A DNA stretch of 64,000 nucleotides from Candidatus Woesearchaeota archaeon (GTDB lineage: Archaea; Nanobdellota; Nanobdellia; Woesearchaeales; SM23-78). The position numbers and the translations under genes are program-made. Positions 37,720-45,772 of this stretch are shown here, piece by piece. The notes under the pieces are model-generated. The model made no database searches. It was not told the origin of the DNA and was given only the letters and a program-made list of their open reading frames with translations. The DNA is taken from NCBI GenBank assembly GCA_016933095.1, contig JAFGBP010000042.1:19691-83690 (forward strand), given 5' to 3'. Position 1 is the first letter of the stretch, and each line of letters opens with the position of its first letter.

Positions 37720-39993
37720 ATGCCTTTTGAGAACATGGATGAGCTTCGGAAGAAGTATGAGAGCAAGCTAAAGGGCAGTTTCGGCGAAGAGCCGGGATTC
37801 AGCTCGAAGAAAAAGAAGGATAAGTCTGGCGGAGAGCCAGATGCAGATGATGATCAGAGCTATATCTCAAGTGATTATTACAATTTCAAGAAAGAGAGTG
37901 TGCCTGCCCACTTCACGCTTTATGAGAAGGCGTGCAACCTGGCAGAGCAGGTCCTCAAGATCGAGCCTGACAAGGCTAAGATTGCCGAGATGAAAGAGGC
38001 CATAGAGACCTGCCACCTGCAGATCACTCCTGCCGGCGCGACGAGCTTCTCCATCCTCATGCCGCTCATCATTGCCCTTGTCACAATAACCCTCACTTAT
38101 CTTGTTCCCGCACTTCTCTACCCTGGCAAGGAGAGCATGTTCTTTGTTGTATTCTCTCTCTTTGTGGGGCTCGGCATGATACTGCCGCTGCAGAAGCTCC
38201 CTTTCTTCCTTGCGAACAGCTGGAGGATGAAGGCAAGCAACCAGATGGTGCTGTGCGTGTTCTACGTCGTCACGTACATGAGGCACACGAGCAATCTGGA
38301 GCGGGCTATCAGCTTCGCATCAGACCACCTGACCCCTCCCTTGTCGCTCGACCTGAAGAAGGTACTCTGGGATGTCGAGAGCGAGAAGTTCAGCAGCCTG
38401 AAGGAGAGCCTTGATGAATACCTCCAGACATGGAGGAAGTTCAACATGGAGTTCGTCGAGGCCATACACCTCATTGAGTCCTCGCTCTACGAGTCGAGCG
38501 AGACGAGAAGGCTGAACGCGCTTGATAAGTCCTTGAACGTCATCCTTGACGAGACCTATGAGAAGATGCTCCACTACGCCCACAACCTGAAAGGGCCTCT
38601 CTCAGCGCTTCACATGCTTGGCATCATCCTTCCCATCCTCGGCCTTGTCATCCTGCCATTGATGGTGAGCTTCATGCCCGAAGTGAAGTGGTATCATCTC
38701 GTCTCGCTCTACAACTTTGTGCTTCCGGCGCTCGTGCTCTTGCTATCGAAGAGCATCTTGTCGACAAGGCCTACAGGATACGGAGATACGGACATCTCAG
38801 AGAGCAATCCTGAGCTCCGCAAGTACAGGTACATCCTGATACCTATCGGGAAGCTGGAGATAAAGATAAGCCCGCTCATAGTCGCAGTGATAGTGTTCGG
38901 GATCCTTTTCCTCATCGGGACGTTCCCTCTAATACTCCATGCATCCAATCCTGATTTTGACATAGTGCTTACTGCAAAGGGCCTAAAGCAGATATCCACT
39001 ATCAATGATCCTGAGGCAACGCATTACTTCCTGGGATACAGGAACGAGATAATCGCAGGCACTGTGACTGACACTCGCATCGGTCCGTTCGGCCTCGGTG
39101 CCTTGATCCTCAGCATTGTCTTCGTCGTGGCGTTCGGAGTTAGTACAGGTCTTTATTACAGCCTCAAGAGCAAGAACGTGATTAAGATTCGGGATCAGTC
39201 GAAGAAGCTTGAGCAGGAGTTCGCCGCCGCCCTCTTCCAGCTAGGCAACCGTCTGGGAGATGGCCTTCCCGCAGAGATTGCGTTCAACAAGGCTGCGGAA
39301 GTAATGGAGGGGACTGTGAGCGGCAAGTTCTTTGAGCAGGTAAGCATGAACATAACCAAGCTTGGCATGAATGTCGAGCAGGCCGTCTTCGACGAGAAGA
39401 AGGGAGCGCTCATCTATTATCCTTCGAATCTCATCGAGAGCAGCATGAAGGTGCTCGTTGAGAGCAGCAAGAAGGGTCCTATGGTAGCGAGCCAGGCTCT
39501 TATCAACGTCTCTGAATACATCAAGCAGATCCACAGGGTCGATGAGAGGCTAAAGGATCTCATGGCTGACATCATCAGCGACATGAGGAGCCAGATCAAG
39601 TTTCTGACGCCTGCCATCGCCGGCATCGTCGTCGGGATCACCAGCATGATCACCCAGATAATCGGGAACCTGTCCAGGAGGCTCGGCGAGTTGGCTACTG
39701 AGGCAAGCCAGGCCGGGAATGTAGGCGCCGGAACGAGCCTGCTGTCTATGTTCGGGACTGGAGTCCCGACTTATTTCTTCCAGATAATGGTAGGCATGTA
39801 TGTCTTCGAGATTACTTTCATAATGACCCTGATGATCAACGGCATAGAGAACGGGAGCGACAAGCTAAGCGAGAAGTACATGCTCGGATCCAATCTAAAG
39901 AACACAATCTTGACATATGCTTTCATCACTCTTGCTGTTTCGATACTGTTCAACATGGTCGCGGGTTCGATCCTTTCCAGCATGCAGGGATGA
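37720..39993 (+). CDS. type IV pilus platform membrane protein (TadC/ArlJ-like)
   Basis: Multi-TM protein with two soluble T2SF-like domains; follows the ATPase. Confidence 0.75.
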   Translation: MPFENMDELRKKYESKLKGSFGEEPGFSSKKKKDKSGGEPDADDDQSYISSDYYNFKKESVPAHFTLYEKACNLAEQVLKIEPDKAKIAEMKEAIETCHLQITPAGATSFSILMPLIIALVTITLTYLVPALLYPGKESMFFVVFSLFVGLGMILPLQKLPFFLANSWRMKASNQMVLCVFYVVTYMRHTSNLERAISFASDHLTPPLSLDLKKVLWDVESEKFSSLKESLDEYLQTWRKFNMEFVEAIHLIESSLYESSETRRLNALDKSLNVILDETYEKMLHYAHNLKGPLSALHMLGIILPILGLVILPLMVSFMPEVKWYHLVSLYNFVLPALVLLLSKSILSTRPTGYGDTDISESNPELRKYRYILIPIGKLEIKISPLIVAVIVFGILFLIGTFPLILHASNPDFDIVLTAKGLKQISTINDPEATHYFLGYRNEIIAGTVTDTRIGPFGLGALILSIVFVVAFGVSTGLYYSLKSKNVIKIRDQSKKLEQEFAAALFQLGNRLGDGLPAEIAFNKAAEVMEGTVSGKFFEQVSMNITKLGMNVEQAVFDEKKGALIYYPSNLIESSMKVLVESSKKGPMVASQALINVSEYIKQIHRVDERLKDLMADIISDMRSQIKFLTPAIAGIVVGITSMITQIIGNLSRRLGELATEASQAGNVGAGTSLLSMFGTGVPTYFFQIMVGMYVFEITFIMTLMINGIENGSDKLSEKYMLGSNLKNTILTYAFITLAVSILFNMVAGSILSSMQG

Positions 39994-40020
39994 GGGTTTT
40001 GATAGATGTCATTGTTTGAG

Positions 40021-40192
40021 GGCTCTGCAGAAAAAGTGCCGCGGGGGAATCTTCGATTCCTCGTGCCAGAAAAACCTTTTTTTCCCGGCGCCTAGCGTGG
40101 TCTGCAGTTCAACAGCCGGCAGCAAAAGACTCTGTGGCTGCAACCAATGAGGGGTCGAACAGAGCCCGGCATGAAAGAAATTCTACAGGGCC
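40021..40192. mobile_element. MITE-like element, family B
   Basis: Imperfect TIR ggctctgcagaa/ttctacagggcc; flanks ttgtttgag/ttgttggag. Confidence 0.6.
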
Positions 40193-40317
40193 TTGTTGGA
40201 GACAGGGTCGATAATGCAAAAAAATGCAAAGAACTAGGCTCTTAGGGAATCTTTTGCTTCACGTAGGAGGGATATGAGTTCTTCTTGCTAGTTTTCGGGC
40301 GAAGTCCACCCATCCTC

Positions 40318-40665
40318 TTATCTGTGGAGGATGTCGCAGAAGCATTTCATCTTATTGTACATGCATACAGGATAGGGGCTGTGCAAGTCAGAAAGGAGAA
40401 TGCTGTTCAATACTGTAAGCTGCTCGCAGACCTTCTTTCCTTTTGATGTAATCTTATACTTCCCGGCAGTATTCTTTGTTAGCAATCCTATGTGCGTAAG
40501 CTCTTTCAGCCGAGAGGCGAGAAGGGTTGGGTTTATCATCCTTTTGGAATACAGGAGCAGTTCATTGTAGCTCCGATTTTTCTCATTTACAAGCTCTATC
40601 AAAACAAGAGTGTATTTTTTTCCTATGAGCTTGTAAAAGCTGTTCCACACACAATCTTGAACCAT
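40318..40665 (-). CDS. HxlR-family winged-helix regulator
   Basis: LIGKKYTL...SYNELL...INPTLLASRLKEL...YKITSKGK; N- and C-terminal Cys. Confidence 0.8.
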   Translation of the reverse strand: MVQDCVWNSFYKLIGKKYTLVLIELVNEKNRSYNELLLYSKRMINPTLLASRLKELTHIGLLTKNTAGKYKITSKGKKVCEQLTVLNSILLSDLHSPYPVCMYNKMKCFCDILHR

Positions 40666-40930
40666 GTATATCTGCCTTTCTCTCTGCCGTTCTCCCTTTT
40701 CAAAAAACGTGGATTCGTATTAAAAAAAAAAAAAAAAGTTGCCGCCATTTGTAATGGTATCGTTTCGTGAGCGCTTGGTTTTCTCCAAACACAACTAACT
40801 ACAATATTGTGTAGTGCTACTTTAAAAACTTTTCTGCCTAGAAAAAGATAATAAGTGGATATATAAAGAGATTCATGTATTTAGTAATATAGTTATAGAT
40901 ATTAGATTCACAAAAGAGAGGTGCCCGCGC

Positions 40931-41098
40931 TTGTCGAAGAAAGAACAATGCAAAGCAATCATGGCAAAGCTTTTCGGTCCCGCTTCAGCCGCGTTAGTTG
41001 ATAGCATGCCAGAAGATGAATGCGTTGCCAAATGCAAAGCAAAAGTGACTGCTTTCTTAGGAGCCGACAAGGCAAAGGAATTTGACTCAATAAGCTAG
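40931..41098 (+). CDS. small hypothetical protein (55 aa), absent from the ORF track
   Basis: GAGAGGTG RBS, TTG start; MSKKEQCKAIMAKLFGPASAALVDSMPEDECVAKCKAKVTAFLGADKAKEFDSIS*. Confidence 0.65.
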   Translation: MSKKEQCKAIMAKLFGPASAALVDSMPEDECVAKCKAKVTAFLGADKAKEFDSIS

Positions 41099-41128
41099 GA
41101 AGATAGGGAAAAAAGAGGATTAAAAAAC

Positions 41129-42022
41129 ATGGATTCTGGTCTGGAAATTCTTAATCTCATTTGGGTGCAAGGGCAAACCTGTGGCGGAGATTCCATGGCA
41201 ATCATGGATACAGAGCGGCCTGACCTTCTTACATTCCTCTCACAAAACAAAATAAAGCTGCTTTATCACCCCATTCTCCACCCAGTCGACGGACCAGAGG
41301 CAAAGAAACTCTTTGAAGACTGCAAGGAAGGAAGAACAAAAGTAGACATTTTCATATTCGAAGGCACAATCCCGACAAAAGAAGGATGCGGAGACTGGCC
41401 TGGAACCGACATTAAGACCCTTGTAAAAGACCTTGCGTCCAAAGCAGGAATCACGATCGCGCTAGGAACCTGCGCGTCGTTCGGAGGAATCCCTTCGGCG
41501 CCTCCCAACGAGTCAGGATCAGTAGGACTCCAATTTCACGGCCACAAGAAAGGCGGATGGCTGGGAGAGAACTACATCTCAGAGCAAGGCGCTCCCGTCA
41601 TAAATATTCCTGGATGCCCTGCACACCCAGACTGGATCATAAGAACAATTCAAGCTTTTGTGTTGGAAAAGCCAGTCATTTTGGACGACTACAACAGGCC
41701 CAAAGACTTTTTCGAGGAGAAAGCCCACAGAGGATGCAAGCAATGCGAGTTTCACGAGCGAGGGCTGTGGGCAGAGGAGTTCACAGAGACAGGATGCCTG
41801 GCAGCAAAGCTTGGATGCAAGGGAAGGACCACGAACGCAGACTGCAACGTGAGGCTCTGGAACGGCGTTTCCTCCTGCACCAGGAGCGGAGCCCCGTGCA
41901 TAGGCTGCTGCGATCCAGGATTCCCCATCTCAATGACACCCTTCAACAAGGAAACCTTAAACCTGCCAGAGGACGTCAGATCCCTTGCGAATGAGAAGAA
42001 AAAGATCCTATACGGAGATTAA
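41129..42022 (+). CDS. [NiFe]-hydrogenase small subunit, HupU/HoxB-like, no Tat signal
   Basis: WVQGQTCGGDSM, GTCASFGGI, IPGCPAHPDW, HRGC, LGCKG...ADCN..LWNG...C...GAPCIGC. Confidence 0.88.
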   Translation: MDSGLEILNLIWVQGQTCGGDSMAIMDTERPDLLTFLSQNKIKLLYHPILHPVDGPEAKKLFEDCKEGRTKVDIFIFEGTIPTKEGCGDWPGTDIKTLVKDLASKAGITIALGTCASFGGIPSAPPNESGSVGLQFHGHKKGGWLGENYISEQGAPVINIPGCPAHPDWIIRTIQAFVLEKPVILDDYNRPKDFFEEKAHRGCKQCEFHERGLWAEEFTETGCLAAKLGCKGRTTNADCNVRLWNGVSSCTRSGAPCIGCCDPGFPISMTPFNKETLNLPEDVRSLANEKKKILYGD

Positions 42023-42040
42023 TATCATGGAGACGATGAG

Positions 42041-43570
42041 ATGGAAGAAGATATGACTGAAAAGGACATGACAAGCACCCCGACAAACTGGATTGAAGGA
42101 GACCTTACAGTTGAGATTACAGTCAACGCCCACAACAAGATAGCCGATGCAAAAGCCATGGGATTGATGTATAGGGGGCTGGAAAACATCTTCATCGGGC
42201 AAAGGCCGTTTGACGCCATGAGGATGAGCCAGAGGGCTGACGCCGCTTGCTCCACGGCGAATGGGACTGCCGGAGCCCTGGCCATTGAGAGGATGATGGG
42301 GTTCAAGCCTCCAAGGAATGGACAGCTCATCAGGGATATAGTGCTCGGGGCCAGCATTGCAGCAAACCACCTCACTCATTTTTATTTCACCTTGGGCCCC
42401 GGATTAGCAAGCCCTGAATACAAAAAGTTCAAGATGCATCACGAAATGCAAAAGAGATTTGACCCATCAAAAAGCGCGCTTCTCAAGGACGTGTTGAGAA
42501 AGGCAAGGATGCCGTTGCATAGGGCCATCGCGATTTTCGGCGGAAGATCATATCACCCCATGCACGCAGTGCCAGGAGGAGTATGCAGCATCCCAAAGTA
42601 CTCTGATCTGGCAGCGGCCAGTACAAGCGTCGCAGGCGCCAAGGAATTTTTGGAAGAGAACTTGCTTGGCGGGGTGAAGATGGAAGAATGGGCCAGGATA
42701 AGGACCGCCGACGAGCTCCTTGAACTACTAAAGGACAAGGCGTTTGCTGATTCAGACATCGGGCTTTTCATCAGGTATTCTCAGGAAATAGGACTTCACA
42801 AACTAGGCGAAGGAACCCACAACAATTTCTTGTCCTTCGGATTCGGAGAGAACAAGCATAATAACGGCATTGATAGCAGTCCCGATTCATGGCTCTTCAA
42901 ACCCGGATACGTGGAGAATGGCCAGTACCACGACCTAGACATCCAGCACATAACCGAAGATACTTCCCACTCTTATTATGAGACTGAAAGGGACTGGAGA
43001 AGCCCCCAGCACGGCATGACAAAGCCTATCCCAAGGAAAGAGGGAGCTTACAGCTGGGTCAAGTCTCCCAGATACTTTGGCAGAGCCTGCGAGGTAGGAC
43101 CGCTTGCAAGGCAGATAGTAAATGCAGACCTGCTCTGCATGGACTTAGTAAAGACCTTTGGGGTGAACACGTTCACAAGAACCCTGGCAAGGTTCCGCGA
43201 GATAACCCTTATAGTCCCAAAGCTCAAAGAGTGGATTGCAGAGATCGAATTGGAAAAGCCATTCTACAAACCATTCCCCGAAGTCAGCAACGGCTCCGGA
43301 TACGGCCTGGTGGAGTCCCCTAGAGGGGCTCTTGGCCACTGGATAAACATAAAGGAAGGCAAGTGCACAACATACCAGATGATCAGCCCTATCGACTGGA
43401 ACGCCTCGCCAATAGACTCTAACGGGGCTCACGGCGCCCTAGAGCAGGCCCTGATCGGCTGCAGGATAAAGGACAAAGACAGCCTCATTGAAGCCTCTCT
43501 TGTCGTGAAGGGCTTTGACTCCTGCATTGCCTGCTCAATACGGCCTGCCGCGCCAGGTGATGAGGAATAA
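42041..43570 (+). CDS. [NiFe]-hydrogenase large subunit-like protein, HupV/HoxC-like, atypical active site
   Basis: NWIEGDL, YRGLE, HLTHFY, YSWVKSPR, EVGPLARQ, ESPRGALGHW, FDSCIACSIR; L1 motif reads RADAAC. Confidence 0.85.
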   Translation: MEEDMTEKDMTSTPTNWIEGDLTVEITVNAHNKIADAKAMGLMYRGLENIFIGQRPFDAMRMSQRADAACSTANGTAGALAIERMMGFKPPRNGQLIRDIVLGASIAANHLTHFYFTLGPGLASPEYKKFKMHHEMQKRFDPSKSALLKDVLRKARMPLHRAIAIFGGRSYHPMHAVPGGVCSIPKYSDLAAASTSVAGAKEFLEENLLGGVKMEEWARIRTADELLELLKDKAFADSDIGLFIRYSQEIGLHKLGEGTHNNFLSFGFGENKHNNGIDSSPDSWLFKPGYVENGQYHDLDIQHITEDTSHSYYETERDWRSPQHGMTKPIPRKEGAYSWVKSPRYFGRACEVGPLARQIVNADLLCMDLVKTFGVNTFTRTLARFREITLIVPKLKEWIAEIELEKPFYKPFPEVSNGSGYGLVESPRGALGHWINIKEGKCTTYQMISPIDWNASPIDSNGAHGALEQALIGCRIKDKDSLIEASLVVKGFDSCIACSIRPAAPGDEE

Positions 43571-43645
43571 AGGCCAAAGGCTCTGCATCTGACCGCATCC
43601 GTATGGCCTCTCTTGATTCCCACCTCCTCACTTCTTTTTCCCGGA

Positions 43646-43777
43646 GGCGTTGTAGAATTTCATCGTGCTCTGCTCACATCGAACGCCAAACCCAACATGG
43701 TTACGAGTATTCTTCAGTCGCTTATTCTCACTGAATGCTCGATTTGAGGTCACTTTATTCTACAGAGATACAGAGAC
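43646..43777. mobile_element. MITE-like element, family B (degenerate)
   Basis: Ends ggcgttgtagaa/ttctacagag; flanks tttcccgga/tttccagga; ends resemble the 40021 element in inverted orientation. Confidence 0.5.
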
Positions 43778-43897
43778 TTTCCAGGAAAAAGATTTATAAA
43801 GCCGATTAATAAGATTTAGAGAGTATCTAGAGGAAGTGCTATCGAGGGTAAAATTAAAGATAAAGTATAATAAAGCAAAGGTAAAAGGGTAAATTAC

Positions 43898-45772
43898 ATG
43901 GCGGGATGGACATCTTTCATAACAGGACAGTTCCTAGATCCAAAACTGTTGCCCTACGCCGCGGGACTAGTGCTGATTTTCATCCTATTCTATTTCATCA
44001 AGCCAAAGCCCAAGCAGTTCGTCATGCCAACCCTAATGTTCCTGTTCAAGGATATGGGGCGCCACAGGACCGCCAACATCCTAAGAAAGCTCATCACGAA
44101 CATACTTTTCATAATGCAGCTCCTCATAATCGTCTTCATAGCCTTCTCGAGCGCCAAGCCATTCATAGACGTTAGCAAGGAAACCCTGTTCAAGAACACA
44201 GTCATAGTGCTTGACGCGAGCGCGAGCATGAAGGCTCCTTACCAAGGAGAGACCCGTTTTGAGGAAGCCGTAAGGATTGCGAAGGAGAACCTTGGAAGCA
44301 TCAACACCCTCATACTTGTCAAAAAGATCCCTGAAGTCTCCCTCGTAGACGAGACTGCCGGTAAGGTTAGAAGCATCATATCCGAAATGGAAGCCACAGA
44401 CTCACCCACCAACCTGTATGCTGCCATAAGCACTGCAGGAACTTATGCAAAGGCAGACTCAAGAATAGTAGTGATAAGCGACTTCATCGATACGGGTTCA
44501 GAAGCAGACCTGAACACCATCAAGAAGACCATAGAATCTCAGGGAATAAAAGTTGATTTCCTCAAGGTAAGGTCGCCTGTGCCGAACGTCGGGATCGTTG
44601 ACCTGACAGTGTCTGACTCCAAGACAACAGCGGTTGCCAAGAACTTCAACCCTGAAGAAGCAAGCGTGCGCCTGAAAATAAACGATTTGAGCGAGGAGAT
44701 GATCATTGCAGGCGGATCAAGGGAAATATTCTCCTTCACGACGCCTCCGTTGACAAGCAAACTAGAGCTCGAAGTCTTGTCCGGAAATGACGAGTTCAAG
44801 CTTGACAACCAGGCTTACATAAGCGCTCCTGGCGAGGACAAGAAGAAAGTCTTGTTCATAACAAACAACGCCGACTACAAGAAGACGTTCATATACAACG
44901 CCTTGGACGTCATGAAAGGAGTTGAGCTGACAGTGGCCATCCCTCCAAAAATACCTGCGCTTGGAGAATTTGACCTTTACTTCTTCAAGGATATAGACCC
45001 CAACCTCCTCTTGCCAGGGACCTACACTGGCATAAAGAAGGAAATTGAAACTAAGGGAAAGGCCGCCGTAGTCATGGCCCAGACAAACCTCCTCGCCATC
45101 AACTACCAAGGCATACTTCCGGTCGTGCCTTCGACTCTTGAAAAGGGCGATGCAATAAACATAATCACGACAGGAAACGAAGGCATCATGAGCGGACTCG
45201 AGCTAGGAGTCACCAAGAAATACTTTGGAGTCGAGAGCATAGAGGGAAGAACCCTTTCTGTTCTTGCAAGTAGCGAGTACAAGGTGCCCATCATAGCTTT
45301 CAACAAGATGGGGGAGGGAAAAGTCGTGTATTACGGGATACTTGACGAGGACGTGGAAGCCGAGACCTTCTTTGCGAAGAGTCCTGCATTCTTTGTCTTC
45401 TGGAAGAGGACTGTTGACTTCATCACCAACACTCCTTCAGTCAAGAACCTGAACTACAGGACAGGAAGCTATATCTCATTCCCAGAGGAGCAAACAATCC
45501 AGACTCCAAAGGGAAAGATAAAAACTAATGAGCTCGTGCTTGACCAGACAGGCCTCTATACCTTGCAGGACAGGACCATTGCGATCAACCTTGCCGACGA
45601 AAAAGAGTCTGACATCGGAAAAGAGGAGACAGAAGAGAGCAGGTCTTATGTAAAGGAAGGCGAGCGTTTTAAGGAGAAAGTCCCTTATGAGCTCACAGAT
45701 AACCTGGTGTACGCCGCGATTATCCTCCTGATCCTGGAACTCATTTACGTGAAGCTGAGAGGTGACTTTTGA
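43898..45772 (+). CDS. BatA-domain/vWA membrane protein
   Basis: N-terminal BatA-like TM (LFYFIKPKP...PTLMFL), VLDASASM, VISDF. Confidence 0.85.
   Translation: MAGWTSFITGQFLDPKLLPYAAGLVLIFILFYFIKPKPKQFVMPTLMFLFKDMGRHRTANILRKLITNILFIMQLLIIVFIAFSSAKPFIDVSKETLFKNTVIVLDASASMKAPYQGETRFEEAVRIAKENLGSINTLILVKKIPEVSLVDETAGKVRSIISEMEATDSPTNLYAAISTAGTYAKADSRIVVISDFIDTGSEADLNTIKKTIESQGIKVDFLKVRSPVPNVGIVDLTVSDSKTTAVAKNFNPEEASVRLKINDLSEEMIIAGGSREIFSFTTPPLTSKLELEVLSGNDEFKLDNQAYISAPGEDKKKVLFITNNADYKKTFIYNALDVMKGVELTVAIPPKIPALGEFDLYFFKDIDPNLLLPGTYTGIKKEIETKGKAAVVMAQTNLLAINYQGILPVVPSTLEKGDAINIITTGNEGIMSGLELGVTKKYFGVESIEGRTLSVLASSEYKVPIIAFNKMGEGKVVYYGILDEDVEAETFFAKSPAFFVFWKRTVDFITNTPSVKNLNYRTGSYISFPEEQTIQTPKGKIKTNELVLDQTGLYTLQDRTIAINLADEKESDIGKEETEESRSYVKEGERFKEKVPYELTDNLVYAAIILLILELIYVKLRGDF

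Noticed and set aside
35330..39993. Archaellum operon
   Set aside because: No archaellin, ArlF/G or adjacent ArlH recognisable
40021..43777. Bona fide composite transposon
   Set aside because: Each flanking element has its own apparent TSD and there is no transposase; kept only as a weaker finding
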